Virus record (IMG/VR): IMGVR_UViG_3300034415_000120
Strand: one strand, 5' to 3'
DNA: 64,000 nt
Source of the DNA: a virus
A program made the translations under genes and the position numbers. Shown here one piece after another: positions 1 through 9,749 of the stretch. Numbering within the stretch: the first letter of the stretch is position 1; each line of letters begins with the position of its first letter. A model generated the notes under the pieces. The model made no database searches. It saw only the letters and a program-made list of their open reading frames with translations, and was not told the DNA's origin.

Positions 1-63
1 TCAATTTTGGGAGAGTGACGGTCTTAGAACTGTAGGGTATGGGTTCAAGTCCCATAATTCCCA
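1..63 (+). tRNA. 3' portion of a tRNA, truncated by the window edge. T-arm ATGGG-TTCAAGT-CCCAT with acceptor 3' strand AATTCCC; anticodon stem ACGGT/ACTGT with an atypical 6-nt loop CTTAGA.
   Basis: Perfect 5-bp T-stem with a GGTTCAAGTCC T-loop at 39-55; acceptor 3' strand 56-62 plus discriminator A63, no encoded CCA. Anticodon stem 18-22/29-33 pairs but its loop is not canonical, so the isotype is unclear (TAG, i.e. Leu, is possible). Confidence 0.45.
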
Positions 64-92
64 TTAAAAGAAAAATGAAAGGAGAGATATAG

Positions 93-824
93 TTGGAATG
101 TTTGATTACTAACGGCAAACAGTACATCCGACTTGATTCAAATGGTACTCCGCAAACGTGTGGTCAGGTGCTTGCTGATAAATTTTCAGAAGATAAAGCA
201 CGAAACATTATTAGAAATTTGCCAAAGCCTATGCGGAAATTTCATTTTAATGTGCAGCTTATCCCTGAGATCAACACATCCGTTAAGCAAGTTGAAGAAG
301 AAAAGTTACCAGATGACATCAATGATGTACTAACAGAACTCGATGATTATTATGAGGATTATCAGAGAAATCCTAAATATGACAATCCTTACACCTATCA
401 CGGGGAAACATCTTTAGAAAAAGAAATGTCTGTAAATCATGTAGATATAGGTAATTTCTTTAAGATGGTGATTGAGTGTGTTTCTGATAGAAAAAATTAT
501 ATTGAGAATATGGAATATCTTATCAAAGAATATGATTTAAAAATTCTTGATGTAAGGCACTTTATTAGAGATGAAGACACTAAGTTAGGTACAGTTGCAA
601 TGAGTAGAATTAGTTACTTGTTGCAATATTATGAACGTCAACGGGCTATATGTAAGAGAAATAGAAATTGCGCAAAGATTTTTCAATATCACGTTGAGAG
701 ATTTAAGAGCAAGAAGTATATGAAAGTGATTGATACGATCATGAACTCTAAATATAAATATAGGCGGTTGAGTAAATCTTATCTTGAGGATTATGCGAAA
801 GGCATAACCAGAGAGAAGAAATAA
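93..824 (+). CDS. hypothetical protein (243 aa)
   Basis: Long ORF with phage-typical codon bias; no motif recognised. Confidence 0.5.
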   Translation: MECLITNGKQYIRLDSNGTPQTCGQVLADKFSEDKARNIIRNLPKPMRKFHFNVQLIPEINTSVKQVEEEKLPDDINDVLTELDDYYEDYQRNPKYDNPYTYHGETSLEKEMSVNHVDIGNFFKMVIECVSDRKNYIENMEYLIKEYDLKILDVRHFIRDEDTKLGTVAMSRISYLLQYYERQRAICKRNRNCAKIFQYHVERFKSKKYMKVIDTIMNSKYKYRRLSKSYLEDYAKGITREKK

Positions 825-855
825 TTATTACATAGCAACTATTAACAGAAAGGAA

Positions 856-3156
856 TTGGTGATACAAATGCACTATAAAGATATTCTGGAATCCTATTAT
901 GAGATTAATGAAGATCATCCAGAAAACTCAGCAAGGAAATTACATAATTTTGTAGATAAAATTCTCTCAGAGTTTGGTGGTATCACCGATTTTGATAAGG
1001 ATGAGTGCTATTCAATAGCTAATTTATACATTGCAAAATACATAAAAACTCAATTAGAAGACGGAATTGAGGATTTAGATGAGAAAAAATTTGATGCTTT
1101 TATGTATTGTGGAATAAAAAATAAAATTAAAAGCTATATAACAAAGAAGAATAGAGGAAAGCGTTGCAAAATTATAACTACTAAAGAAGGTGATAAAGAA
1201 GTTAAACAGTATATTTATCCTGTTTCTTTAGACGGTATGAGTGCCGATGATGGAGAAGCTCAATACATAGATGTAATTCCTTCTGATTTTAATTTGGATA
1301 AAGAGTTGGATATATCAGTAGAAAATGAATCAGTACAATTGTTTTTGGATTCGTTACCAGATATTCAGAAGAAATTACTTCTTATGAAAATGGAAAATAT
1401 ACCTGTACATGAAATAAAGAAGTCATTAGAACTTACGGAAAACGCATATGCACAATGTATGCAGTCGATTCGTGAGAATAAGATGATTAATTTATTCAAC
1501 AAAAATAGAAAATACCTTAATCAGATTCAAAAGGAGAGTAAGAAAATGGAGAACACAACTGTTAAAGATGAAGATTTAATCATGGATATTGATACTACAG
1601 ACGGTTATAGGATGGATAAATACACTCTTGAATCTCTGATTGAGGATAAACAGGATGGAGAACTTGATTGTGAGTATATATCTCAGCGTGTTCCGTTTGT
1701 ATGGACAGATGAAAAAGTAAACAAATTCTATTCAAGAGTATTAAATAATCAGCCTATACCAGAGTTGATCGTGTGTGAAATGGTTATACCTGGTATAAAT
1801 GGTGGAAAGATTTCTTATCTAATTGATGGTCTACAACGATTGTCATATGCCGAAGCATTTAGAGAGAATCGTTTTCCAGTTGGAAAGAAAGGTGCAGAAT
1901 TTACGAAAATCCGTTACAGAAAATATAAGTATGATGAAAACGGTAAAAAAGTGCTTGATGAAAACGGTAGAGCAAAATTCACAATTGAGATTTTCGATAT
2001 TTGTGGAAAATACTATAAGGATTTACCAGAATTTTTACAGAAAAGATTTGATAAGTTCAATGTAAACGTAACAAGATTCTTTGATTGTACTCAGGAAATG
2101 ATTGATTATCACTTGAGAAATTATAACAATCATGAAGCTATGAGTAAGAATCAGTATGGAATCACATGTGTATCAAACGAAACATCCAAACATATTAAAG
2201 ATATTTCTCAGAAACATACTTTTATGAAGAACAATATTAAGTGTACTAATAAGAGTTTAAAGATGGGAATGCCGGAAGAAATGGTTTCAAGAGCAATTAT
2301 GACTATGAAATATATTGACGATTGGAAGAAAGAATCTATGGATGTATATAAGTTCCTTGATGCAAATGCGGATGAATCTGATTTTAAACACTTAACATTC
2401 TTACTTGATAGACTTGCAATCGTATGTGATAAAGGTGTGAAAGAACTTTTCAACACTACCAACTTCAATATTTGGGTTGCAGCGTTTGATAAATTTATTG
2501 ATTACGGAATGGATGACACATGGTTTGTACAGTTTATGAAGCAATTTATCAGTGAATTACATAGCAAAGAAATTAACGGACGTTCATATGATGATGTTAA
2601 TACAAAAAATACAAAAGATAAGAATACTGTTAAGAACAAATTAGCAGTAATTGAAGATCTGATGAAAGAATATTTACATATAGAAGATTCTGTTGAAGAA
2701 ATTACAGAAGAATCTGAACCAGAAACTGTTGAAAATGATTTATTTGACACTGCAACAGTCGAAGAATCACCTGATAAACCTATTATTGCAGAAGTAACGG
2801 AGTATTCGGCAATCGGGAACGTGGAAATTGAACACGTTGAGGGAGAAGTAGTAGATAACGATACGCTTGATTTTGTGAAAGAATGTGTTGATAAGAACGT
2901 AACGGACATTGATGTTTCTTATTATGAAGATGATTTAAACACTATTACAAAAGACGTACAGTCTAAGTTACTTGATGAGGTAAACAGAAAATCATTAATT
3001 GCAATTATTGCATATGCTTATATGCAGGATGAAAACTATGAAGAATGGTTTGAGAATTACTTTAAGAGAGTTGATACATATGATGCTGATCAGAAAAAGA
3101 ATTATCTTAATATGAGAAACGATTTGATTTCTTTCAATAAAGGAGCAGTTGCATAA
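856..3156 (+). CDS. Multidomain protein: N-terminal sigma-70 region-4-like HTH (LPDIQKKLLLMKMENIPVHEIKKSLELTENAYAQCMQSIRENK), central DUF262/ParB-like domain (ISQRVPFVWTDEKVNKFYSRVL ... LIDGLQRLSYAEAF), acidic Glu/Asp-rich C-terminal tail.
   Basis: QR..W and (I/V)DGQQR-like signature motifs of DUF262 (GmrSD N-domain family); region-4-like HTH pattern; C-terminal run of E/D-rich low complexity. RBS GGAATTGGTG precedes the start. Confidence 0.55.
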   Translation: MVIQMHYKDILESYYEINEDHPENSARKLHNFVDKILSEFGGITDFDKDECYSIANLYIAKYIKTQLEDGIEDLDEKKFDAFMYCGIKNKIKSYITKKNRGKRCKIITTKEGDKEVKQYIYPVSLDGMSADDGEAQYIDVIPSDFNLDKELDISVENESVQLFLDSLPDIQKKLLLMKMENIPVHEIKKSLELTENAYAQCMQSIRENKMINLFNKNRKYLNQIQKESKKMENTTVKDEDLIMDIDTTDGYRMDKYTLESLIEDKQDGELDCEYISQRVPFVWTDEKVNKFYSRVLNNQPIPELIVCEMVIPGINGGKISYLIDGLQRLSYAEAFRENRFPVGKKGAEFTKIRYRKYKYDENGKKVLDENGRAKFTIEIFDICGKYYKDLPEFLQKRFDKFNVNVTRFFDCTQEMIDYHLRNYNNHEAMSKNQYGITCVSNETSKHIKDISQKHTFMKNNIKCTNKSLKMGMPEEMVSRAIMTMKYIDDWKKESMDVYKFLDANADESDFKHLTFLLDRLAIVCDKGVKELFNTTNFNIWVAAFDKFIDYGMDDTWFVQFMKQFISELHSKEINGRSYDDVNTKNTKDKNTVKNKLAVIEDLMKEYLHIEDSVEEITEESEPETVENDLFDTATVEESPDKPIIAEVTEYSAIGNVEIEHVEGEVVDNDTLDFVKECVDKNVTDIDVSYYEDDLNTITKDVQSKLLDEVNRKSLIAIIAYAYMQDENYEEWFENYFKRVDTYDADQKKNYLNMRNDLISFNKGAVA

Positions 3157-3173
3157 GAAGGGAGAATATATGC

Positions 3174-3752
3174 ATGAGACTTTCAGAAATTAAAATTCCT
3201 ACGGATTTTGAAAGCAGTATTCCAAATACATATAAATATAATAAATGTGAAAGGTATTATAAGGAGAATAATAAGCAGGATAGATACTTAGTTGTAAATG
3301 AAAATAATTATCTTATTGATGGATATATTATGTATCTGGTGCTTAAAAATAATGGAGCTGAATACGGAGATGTACGAATAGTCACATTAAACGGACGTAA
3401 ATATACCGATAGACAGAGAAAACATTATGGGAAATTAATTCCAACAGATAAAAACGATACATACAAAAGAAAGCCTACTACATATGTATACGGTATTCAT
3501 TATAAGGGATTCAATCATAAAACATATATGTGGAGAATACCTCCAACATGGACAACCATGATAAAGGAATTACAACCAGGAGATAAAGTCTATTGTAAAA
3601 CAAGATTTGGAAAAGTTCCTGTAATCGTAACACAAATAGAAACGAAAGACAAAATTGATACGGATATGATTGTGAGAAAAGTTTGTTCACATAAAATAAT
3701 TCGTGATGGAGAAATATTAAAATATGATAAAGGTAAAAATGCTTATGTGTAA
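3174..3752 (+). CDS. ParB N-terminal (sulfiredoxin-fold) nuclease-like domain protein
   Basis: Pattern RYLVVNENNYLIDGYIMYLVLKNNGAEYGDVRIV resembles the ParB-N consensus (..viv....y.liaG.rR..Aak..G...v.v.v). Confidence 0.4.
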   Translation: MRLSEIKIPTDFESSIPNTYKYNKCERYYKENNKQDRYLVVNENNYLIDGYIMYLVLKNNGAEYGDVRIVTLNGRKYTDRQRKHYGKLIPTDKNDTYKRKPTTYVYGIHYKGFNHKTYMWRIPPTWTTMIKELQPGDKVYCKTRFGKVPVIVTQIETKDKIDTDMIVRKVCSHKIIRDGEILKYDKGKNAYV

Positions 3753-3912
3753 TCACAACTGGGTATTAATCGAAAAGCCACGACATTTAAAGTATGATTA
3801 TAGCGGATTAGAAGTTGTAATTGGTAAATGTCGATGCACGAAATGTAAGAAGATAAAGGACAGGAAGATGATTGGACATCAGATTGGAAATATATTCGAG
3901 GAGACAGGATAA
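3724..3912 (+). CDS. small Zn-ribbon-like protein (CNHN...CRCTKCKK)
   Basis: Short ORF with paired Cys motifs, overlapping the previous stop. Confidence 0.35.
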   Translation: MIKVKMLMCNHNWVLIEKPRHLKYDYSGLEVVIGKCRCTKCKKIKDRKMIGHQIGNIFEETG

Positions 3913-3941
3913 AAGCGTGGTTTCAAAATGAGGTACATAAT

Positions 3942-4355
3942 ATGAAAATTGGAGATATTGTAGTATATAACGGGAAAATTGGAAAAGTTATAAAAGATGT
4001 AAATGGTTTTAGATTTAAGCCTATGGGTTATGGACGATATTATATTAGTGATTTAGATACGATTTTTGATAATAGCGTAAGAGAAGCAACGAATGAAGAA
4101 AAGATAAGATTAATTAAAGAAGAATTTGTATGGGGATATATAATTAACATACATTGTATTGGAGAATATCAGATTATAGAGTATGAAGATAAAAACACAC
4201 ATGAGATATTTTGGCATGGATATGTTAATTATGAAGATACAAATTGTACTTATTCATCTTTAGATTCTGCATTAATTGGATGTATTGGAATAAAATATGA
4301 AGGTTTGGGTGGTAGAGCTTCAATGTATTTTGAAAGAATGCTTGGATTAGAGTAG
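3942..4355 (+). CDS. hypothetical protein (137 aa)
   Basis: ORF with RBS AGGTACATAATATG. Confidence 0.5.
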   Translation: MKIGDIVVYNGKIGKVIKDVNGFRFKPMGYGRYYISDLDTIFDNSVREATNEEKIRLIKEEFVWGYIINIHCIGEYQIIEYEDKNTHEIFWHGYVNYEDTNCTYSSLDSALIGCIGIKYEGLGGRASMYFERMLGLE

Positions 4356-4362
4356 CTGAAAC

Positions 4363-4677
4363 TTGAATTTCAAAGAAAGGAAGCGAGATGCAATAAGTCA
4401 GGAATTTGAAAATGAATTTTATAAATTAGATTACATTCATAATTACATTTTAAATATTATGAATCACATACCGAAATATGTTTATGGCAAACCAAAACAA
4501 TCAAAGAGACTCATTAAAGAATACATGTTGAAAAATGAATATGATGAATATTTTACAGAAGAAATTAATAATGATTTTTGTGAAGGTTTTGGATGCGCAG
4601 TTGATTTAATATTTAATGAATTTTTAAATGACATTCACGAGAAACATGAATTATTAAAAACAAGGGAGAATACATGA
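4363..4677 (+). CDS. hypothetical protein (start uncertain, TTG)
   Basis: ORF; the TGAAA-N6-TTTCA motif at 4357-4372 overlaps the annotated start. Confidence 0.35.
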   Translation: MNFKERKRDAISQEFENEFYKLDYIHNYILNIMNHIPKYVYGKPKQSKRLIKEYMLKNEYDEYFTEEINNDFCEGFGCAVDLIFNEFLNDIHEKHELLKTRENT

Positions 4678-4916
4678 ATATAATAGTTAGAAACGACAGA
4701 TATGAAACAATATTGAAACTACATTGTGAAAAGAATGGTACATTGACTATTGAACCAGTACCATCAGAAAGAAAAGCATATATGATTGAAATATTTGCTG
4801 ATAATAATGGAGAAGTTACATATAAGGTTGAAGTCTCAATGCCAGAAGAAATAATTGAACAGATTAGCACAGATGATCTGTTAAGAGAAGTGAGAAGAAG
4901 GATGGTAACTAAATGA
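4674..4916 (+). CDS. hypothetical protein (80 aa)
   Basis: ORF with RBS GGGAGAATACATG; overlapping stop/start coupling. Confidence 0.45.
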   Translation: MNIIVRNDRYETILKLHCEKNGTLTIEPVPSERKAYMIEIFADNNGEVTYKVEVSMPEEIIEQISTDDLLREVRRRMVTK

Positions 4917-5227
4917 GAGTTAAAAGATTATTGATTGGATTACTTGTATCTGGATTAGCATTTTCATTTACAGGATGTGGTGACGAAGTGATAAATGACA
5001 ACGGAGAAAAGGTTAGTTCTTATGGACAATTTATAGAAATTAATAAAAAGAACATTGTATCAAGTAATGGTTTTAAATTTATTCAATATTTTGTATATGA
5101 TAAAACCACCAAAATTGTATATGTATTGCAAGGCTTAAAAAATTTTAGTGGAATCGCACCATATTATGTATTAGATGAAAATGGCAAACCAGAAATTGCA
5201 ATCTATGGAGAAAATTATAATGGATAA
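4913..5227 (+). CDS. putative lipoprotein (signal peptide + lipobox FTGC)
   Basis: N-terminus MRVKRLLIGLLVSGLAFSFTGCGDE is a classic SPII signal peptide with lipobox. Confidence 0.55.
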   Translation: MRVKRLLIGLLVSGLAFSFTGCGDEVINDNGEKVSSYGQFIEINKKNIVSSNGFKFIQYFVYDKTTKIVYVLQGLKNFSGIAPYYVLDENGKPEIAIYGENYNG

Positions 5228-5440
5228 TGGGTTATTGAGTTATCCGATTTTGATGGAAAGGATATTGAACTGGAATGATTAAACATATCAAACAAGGCGA
5301 TAGAATAGGTGTAGCAAAACAAGTTCAAGGTGCAGTAGTTGACGTAAAATCACATCTAAGATTTACTGGGATGTATACTTTTACATATAATGGGGAACCC
5401 TGGACGTGTAGCGATTATGCATTTGATGAGGAATATAAGA

Positions 5441-5617
5441 ATGAAGTGGATTAAGAGAAAGATTATTATGTGGCTATTTGGGTATGATTTTCCACGGTAT
5501 GTAAGGCAGTTTTATAAAGAGCAGGATCAGATTATCAAAATGTATTCTGAAATGTTGCGAGAGGAAGAAAAACTTCTTAGATGGCTTAAATTAGCAGAAG
5601 AAAAGAGGTGTAAATAG
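5441..5617 (+). CDS. small basic hypothetical protein (MKWIKRK...)
   Basis: Internal ATG at 5441 has a better RBS (GAGGAA) than the ORF-track start at 5390. Confidence 0.35.
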   Translation: MKWIKRKIIMWLFGYDFPRYVRQFYKEQDQIIKMYSEMLREEEKLLRWLKLAEEKRCK

Positions 5618-6396
5618 TGGAAGAAATCATTAAGAATTATGATTCATATATATCAGGAATGAAGAAATCAAGTGCAGATAAGCTATTTTGGATGAGTAAA
5701 ATAGAAGAGATTGATACAGTGGTTGATTTTGGATGTGCTGATGGTACGTTAATTAGACAAATGAATAGTGAAATGCCAGATTTACACTACATAGGATATG
5801 ATAATAGCAAGGCTATGATTTCTCTTGCGGGAACAAGGACACCTCATGAACTAGAAAACATTCAATATGTAAGTAATTTAAAAGAATCTTTGAAAGAAAA
5901 TAACCCAAATAAAACATTATTAAATTTATCAAGCGTGATTCATGAAGTATATTCTTATTCAAATATTAATGGAATTGATAAGTTTTGGAATAATGTTTTT
6001 GGATATGATTATGGATACATAGCTATCAGAGATTTTTGTGTAAGTAGATCAGTAAATAGAAATAGTGATATTAATGATTATACCAAAGTGATTCAAAATG
6101 CAGAAGAGAAGCAGATCATTGATTATGAATCAATATGGGGAAGTTTACGAGATAACAGGAATTTGATTCATTATCTTATGAAATATAGATATATAGAAAA
6201 TTGGGATAGAGAAGTGAGAGAAAATTATTTTCCAATTACACTTGAGCAATTACTTAGTAAAATCCCTACATATAAATACGAGATTATATATTTTGAAGAT
6301 TACATCTTACCATTCACATCTAATAGAATCAAACAAGATTTCGATGTCGATATTCACGACAATACTCATGTAAAATTATTATTGCAATTGAAATAA
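5617..6396 (+). CDS. class I SAM-dependent methyltransferase
   Basis: Motif I VVDFGCADGTLI followed by an acidic loop (GYDNS); Rossmann MTase pattern. Confidence 0.6.
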   Translation: MEEIIKNYDSYISGMKKSSADKLFWMSKIEEIDTVVDFGCADGTLIRQMNSEMPDLHYIGYDNSKAMISLAGTRTPHELENIQYVSNLKESLKENNPNKTLLNLSSVIHEVYSYSNINGIDKFWNNVFGYDYGYIAIRDFCVSRSVNRNSDINDYTKVIQNAEEKQIIDYESIWGSLRDNRNLIHYLMKYRYIENWDREVRENYFPITLEQLLSKIPTYKYEIIYFEDYILPFTSNRIKQDFDVDIHDNTHVKLLLQLK

Positions 6397-6407
6397 GGTG
6401 TAAATGA

Positions 6408-7004
6408 TTGAGCTGTGTAGGGATTAGGGTTAAATATTTAGGTTATGTTTATAAGATGTATGGCAAAGAAGGTATAGTTATTGAAGACATTAGTAAAGAA
6501 TATCTAAATGCTGTAAAAATTGAATTTGATAATGGTACAATTCTTGTTGTAGATAAAAAAGATGTGGTAGTAATCGAAAGTGAGGATGATAACATGGCAA
6601 ATTTAGAAGGATATAAAGCAGTTGCAGTAACAAAAGAGGGTTATTACAAAAAGAAATATTATTATGCAATTTATGATGATGGAGAAACTTATAATGTAGG
6701 CGATAAAATTTTAGTTAGTGGTGCAAATAAAGACATCCTTACGATTGATGACATTATTGCGCCAGATGAATGTAATGTAAATATCACCGCCGAAGTTATC
6801 TGTAAAGTTGATGTTGATACATCTGCATATGATAAACGTATCGAAGAACGCAAAGAGAAAGCAGAACGTAAGAAAGAAGCTGATAAGATTAAGAGACAGA
6901 TGGATAAAATGATTTTAGCAATGGATTATGAGATGTACGCAAGTAATAATCCTGAGTTAGCGGAGAAATTAAAAGTATACAAAGAGTTGATCGGAGAGAA
7001 ATGA
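6408..7004 (+). CDS. hypothetical protein with C-terminal coiled coil
   Basis: ORF; the C-terminus ERKEKAERKKEADKIKRQMDK is charged helical. Confidence 0.45.
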   Translation: MSCVGIRVKYLGYVYKMYGKEGIVIEDISKEYLNAVKIEFDNGTILVVDKKDVVVIESEDDNMANLEGYKAVAVTKEGYYKKKYYYAIYDDGETYNVGDKILVSGANKDILTIDDIIAPDECNVNITAEVICKVDVDTSAYDKRIEERKEKAERKKEADKIKRQMDKMILAMDYEMYASNNPELAEKLKVYKELIGEK

Positions 7005-7261
7005 GCAAAGAAAAGATACATAAATTTCGTAGAAAGTTAGGCTGGATTGTTTTTATTGGTGGAATGATAGCAAATGTGATAATTTCGTGGGGATTTTTGT
7101 TCATGAAACCCGTCTTTCATCTGTTATTTTCCATTGCAGCAGGGGTATTTTCAGTCAAATTACTGGCAATTTCACTCTTAAAATGCTTTTTAGCTCCTGT
7201 TGTGTGGTATGCATTACTATGGACGATAGAAGTTATCACAGGATATTTAGGAGATTATTGA
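7001..7261 (+). CDS. small membrane protein (2 TM)
   Basis: Hydrophobic stretches GWIVFIGGMIANVIISWGFLF and IAAGVFSVKLLAISLL. Confidence 0.45.
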   Translation: MSKEKIHKFRRKLGWIVFIGGMIANVIISWGFLFMKPVFHLLFSIAAGVFSVKLLAISLLKCFLAPVVWYALLWTIEVITGYLGDY

Positions 7262-7372
7262 TGGATAAGGAAAAAGAATTAAAAGAACGTATCGAAAACT
7301 GTATTCAGAATTATGTTTGGAAATTATTCACTGGACAAAAATTAACTATAGAAGAAATGGGAGGATATTCAA

Positions 7373-7621
7373 ATGTCGGTTTTAAAAACAAAAGACGGTA
7401 GAGAATTAATTTTAAGTTGTCGTTGCGGATGCGATGATGGTATTCATTTCAAGATTGATAAGGATTTCGAGGATTACATGTATATGACATACACGAATGG
7501 AAACTTTTATCGTGATCAGGATGATACGTTTGTGCGTAATTTTATAAGAAAATTGCATAAAATTTTATCAATTATCTTTAATAGGGATTATGTTTACGCA
7601 GAAGCAATAAGAAGATTTTGA
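7373..7621 (+). CDS. small Cys-containing hypothetical protein
   Basis: ORF with CRCGCDDG motif. Confidence 0.35.
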   Translation: MSVLKTKDGRELILSCRCGCDDGIHFKIDKDFEDYMYMTYTNGNFYRDQDDTFVRNFIRKLHKILSIIFNRDYVYAEAIRRF

Positions 7622-7798
7622 GGAGTTTAGAACATATATAAATAGCTTCACAGTACATAAAGAAAACTCCACTGACGTTGTGGACAATCAGTAGAGTTAT
7701 TGGAATAGATCAAGACCAGTGATCTATGTAGAATATCATATCATGTTTCTATGGCTTGTTCAAGTCAATGTTTCCAAAGCGAATAAAATTGAATAGAG

Positions 7799-9025
7799 GT
7801 GAATGCAAATATAAAAGTAAAAAGATGTGAACAAGTAATTATTAGAAAGAATCATCCTAAATTTAAAATGATAGATCAACAGTGCTTTTGCTCTAAGAAT
7901 TTGTATAATGAAGCAAATTATGTATTACGTCAAGAATTTATAAACAATGATAAATACATAAGCTATTATGATATGAATAGAGAATTTAAAACACATGAGA
8001 ATTATAAACTTACATTCAGTCAACCTGCAAATTGTACTTTAAGATTGTTGGATAAAAACTGGAAATCTTATTTTAATGCAATTAAAGATTGGGGTAAAAA
8101 TCCCAATAAATATTTAGGTAAACCAAAACTTCCAAAATACTTAAAGAAAGACGGAAGGTTCATATGGATGATTCCAAATAATCAACTTCATTATAACTAT
8201 GAAAAGGGGACGATTCATATAAGTAATCGTTTAGTAAATGATTATGATTGGAAATGTCGTTGCTTAGGCAGAATAATTCAAGTTAGATTTGTTCCAAGAG
8301 GATCTTGTTATGTGATGGAAATTATCTATGAGACGGAAATTCCAAATACAAATAAAAAACCTAAGAGTATAGCAGCTATTGATTTAGGCGTAAATAATCT
8401 TGTAACTATGACAAATAATATCGGATTAAATCCAATTATTATTAACGGCAAGGGAATTAAAAGCATAAATCAGTGTTATAATAAAAGACTTGCAAAAGAA
8501 AGATCAATGCTGAAAATACGACATAATAAAGATTGGTCAAAGAAATTAGATATAATTACTTTTAAAAGATTTCAGAGAATAAAGAATTACATGCACAATA
8601 CAAGTCATTACATTGTAAGTTGGTGTATTGAAAATAACATTGACACATTAGTAGTTGGTAAAAACAACAAATGGAAACAAGAATCTGAGATGAATAAGAA
8701 ATCTAATCAGAATTTTATAATGATTCCGTACCAGATATTATTACAACAACTTAAATATAAGTGTGAAAATGTTGGAATTAATTACATTGAGCAAGAAGAA
8801 AGTTATACATCTGGAACAAGTTTCTTAGATGAAGAAAATCCAATTAAAGAGAATTATAATAAGAATAGACGTATTCAAAGAGGATTATTCAAAAGTAATT
8901 CTGGGCTATTAATTAATAGTGATGTAAATGGATCATTTCAGATTATGAAAAAAGTATTCCCAAATGCGATTAGTCGATATGGGATAGAGGGTGTTCTAAC
9001 CCCTATAGTTATAAATGTGGCATAA
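7799..9025 (+). CDS. tnpB: TnpB-like (IS200/IS605 OrfB family) protein, degenerate. RuvC-I Asp retained (AAIDLGV); RuvC-II Glu replaced (DTLVVGKNN vs canonical ..vvED.L..); the Zn-finger CxxC...CxxC is absent; the RuvC-III region (NSDVNGSFQI) is retained.
   Basis: Direct alignment against the intact TnpB at 25637 in this window. Overall TnpB architecture, with YTS motif ESYTSGT and DxNAAxNI-like SDVNGSFQI. Confidence 0.75.
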   Translation: MNANIKVKRCEQVIIRKNHPKFKMIDQQCFCSKNLYNEANYVLRQEFINNDKYISYYDMNREFKTHENYKLTFSQPANCTLRLLDKNWKSYFNAIKDWGKNPNKYLGKPKLPKYLKKDGRFIWMIPNNQLHYNYEKGTIHISNRLVNDYDWKCRCLGRIIQVRFVPRGSCYVMEIIYETEIPNTNKKPKSIAAIDLGVNNLVTMTNNIGLNPIIINGKGIKSINQCYNKRLAKERSMLKIRHNKDWSKKLDIITFKRFQRIKNYMHNTSHYIVSWCIENNIDTLVVGKNNKWKQESEMNKKSNQNFIMIPYQILLQQLKYKCENVGINYIEQEESYTSGTSFLDEENPIKENYNKNRRIQRGLFKSNSGLLINSDVNGSFQIMKKVFPNAISRYGIEGVLTPIVINVA

Positions 9026-9094
9026 GTTACATGATTTACTATGAACGTATTTATTATTAAGTACGATAGAATCTTGCTTTTAGGAGGTGAATAA

Positions 9095-9742
9095 ATGAGT
9101 AGTTGGACTTACATACAGGGAACAATAACAGTATCACCCATAGGGCGTACACAAGCGGAGAAAAGGTACATTCTTGATACTGTATTAGCACATTTACCGA
9201 TAGTTTCTGGTTCAGAGAAAGATATGGATGTGTATGTTATTCAGAAGAATGGACATAATGGATCAAGTTCATGTGATGAATTTGGAGAAAGAACAAATAA
9301 TCTTGTTGATTGGCATGGAAACAGAACAAGAAGTAGAGGAATGTTGCGTGTGCAAGATGAATATATCTTAGTCGTAGATGCTGCATTAAGAGATAGAGAG
9401 TTTGATGAAACGTACAGAGAATTTATAAAGTGGCTTGTGAGATTAGGTAAAAGAGTCATGATTGATAATGTTCTTGTACAAATCAGTGGATATGATAAAT
9501 CTACAATCATCAAAGATCATTGCATACAGAATGAAAAGTATTCATATCAGAATGTTTTCTTTAATTTATTTGAAGGCACAAGTTGGGTTAGAGATGATGG
9601 AGAAGTTAATTGGTGTGAATATATGTTATATCCAAGAGCCAAAGATTCTAATTATCCCATGATGTTAGCTTATAAATACTTCAATGATGAAGAAAATGAT
9701 AAAGAAGTAGAGAGAAGAATGAAATATGAGAGGGGCAAATGA
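9095..9742 (+). CDS. hypothetical protein (215 aa)
   Basis: ORF with strong RBS AGGAGGTGAATAAATG immediately downstream of the tnpB-like gene. Confidence 0.5.
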   Translation: MSSWTYIQGTITVSPIGRTQAEKRYILDTVLAHLPIVSGSEKDMDVYVIQKNGHNGSSSCDEFGERTNNLVDWHGNRTRSRGMLRVQDEYILVVDAALRDREFDETYREFIKWLVRLGKRVMIDNVLVQISGYDKSTIIKDHCIQNEKYSYQNVFFNLFEGTSWVRDDGEVNWCEYMLYPRAKDSNYPMMLAYKYFNDEENDKEVERRMKYERGK

Positions 9743-9749
9743 AATATAT

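Noticed and set aside
133-333. 66-aa ORF overlapping 93-824 in another frame
   Set aside because: Entirely nested in a longer, better-supported ORF; no independent signals.
1-900. Prophage boundary / attL at the tRNA fragment
   Set aside because: No integrase, recombination directionality factor or host-like genes adjoin it. Genes continue in phage style on the same strand, so a phage-encoded tRNA cluster is more likely.
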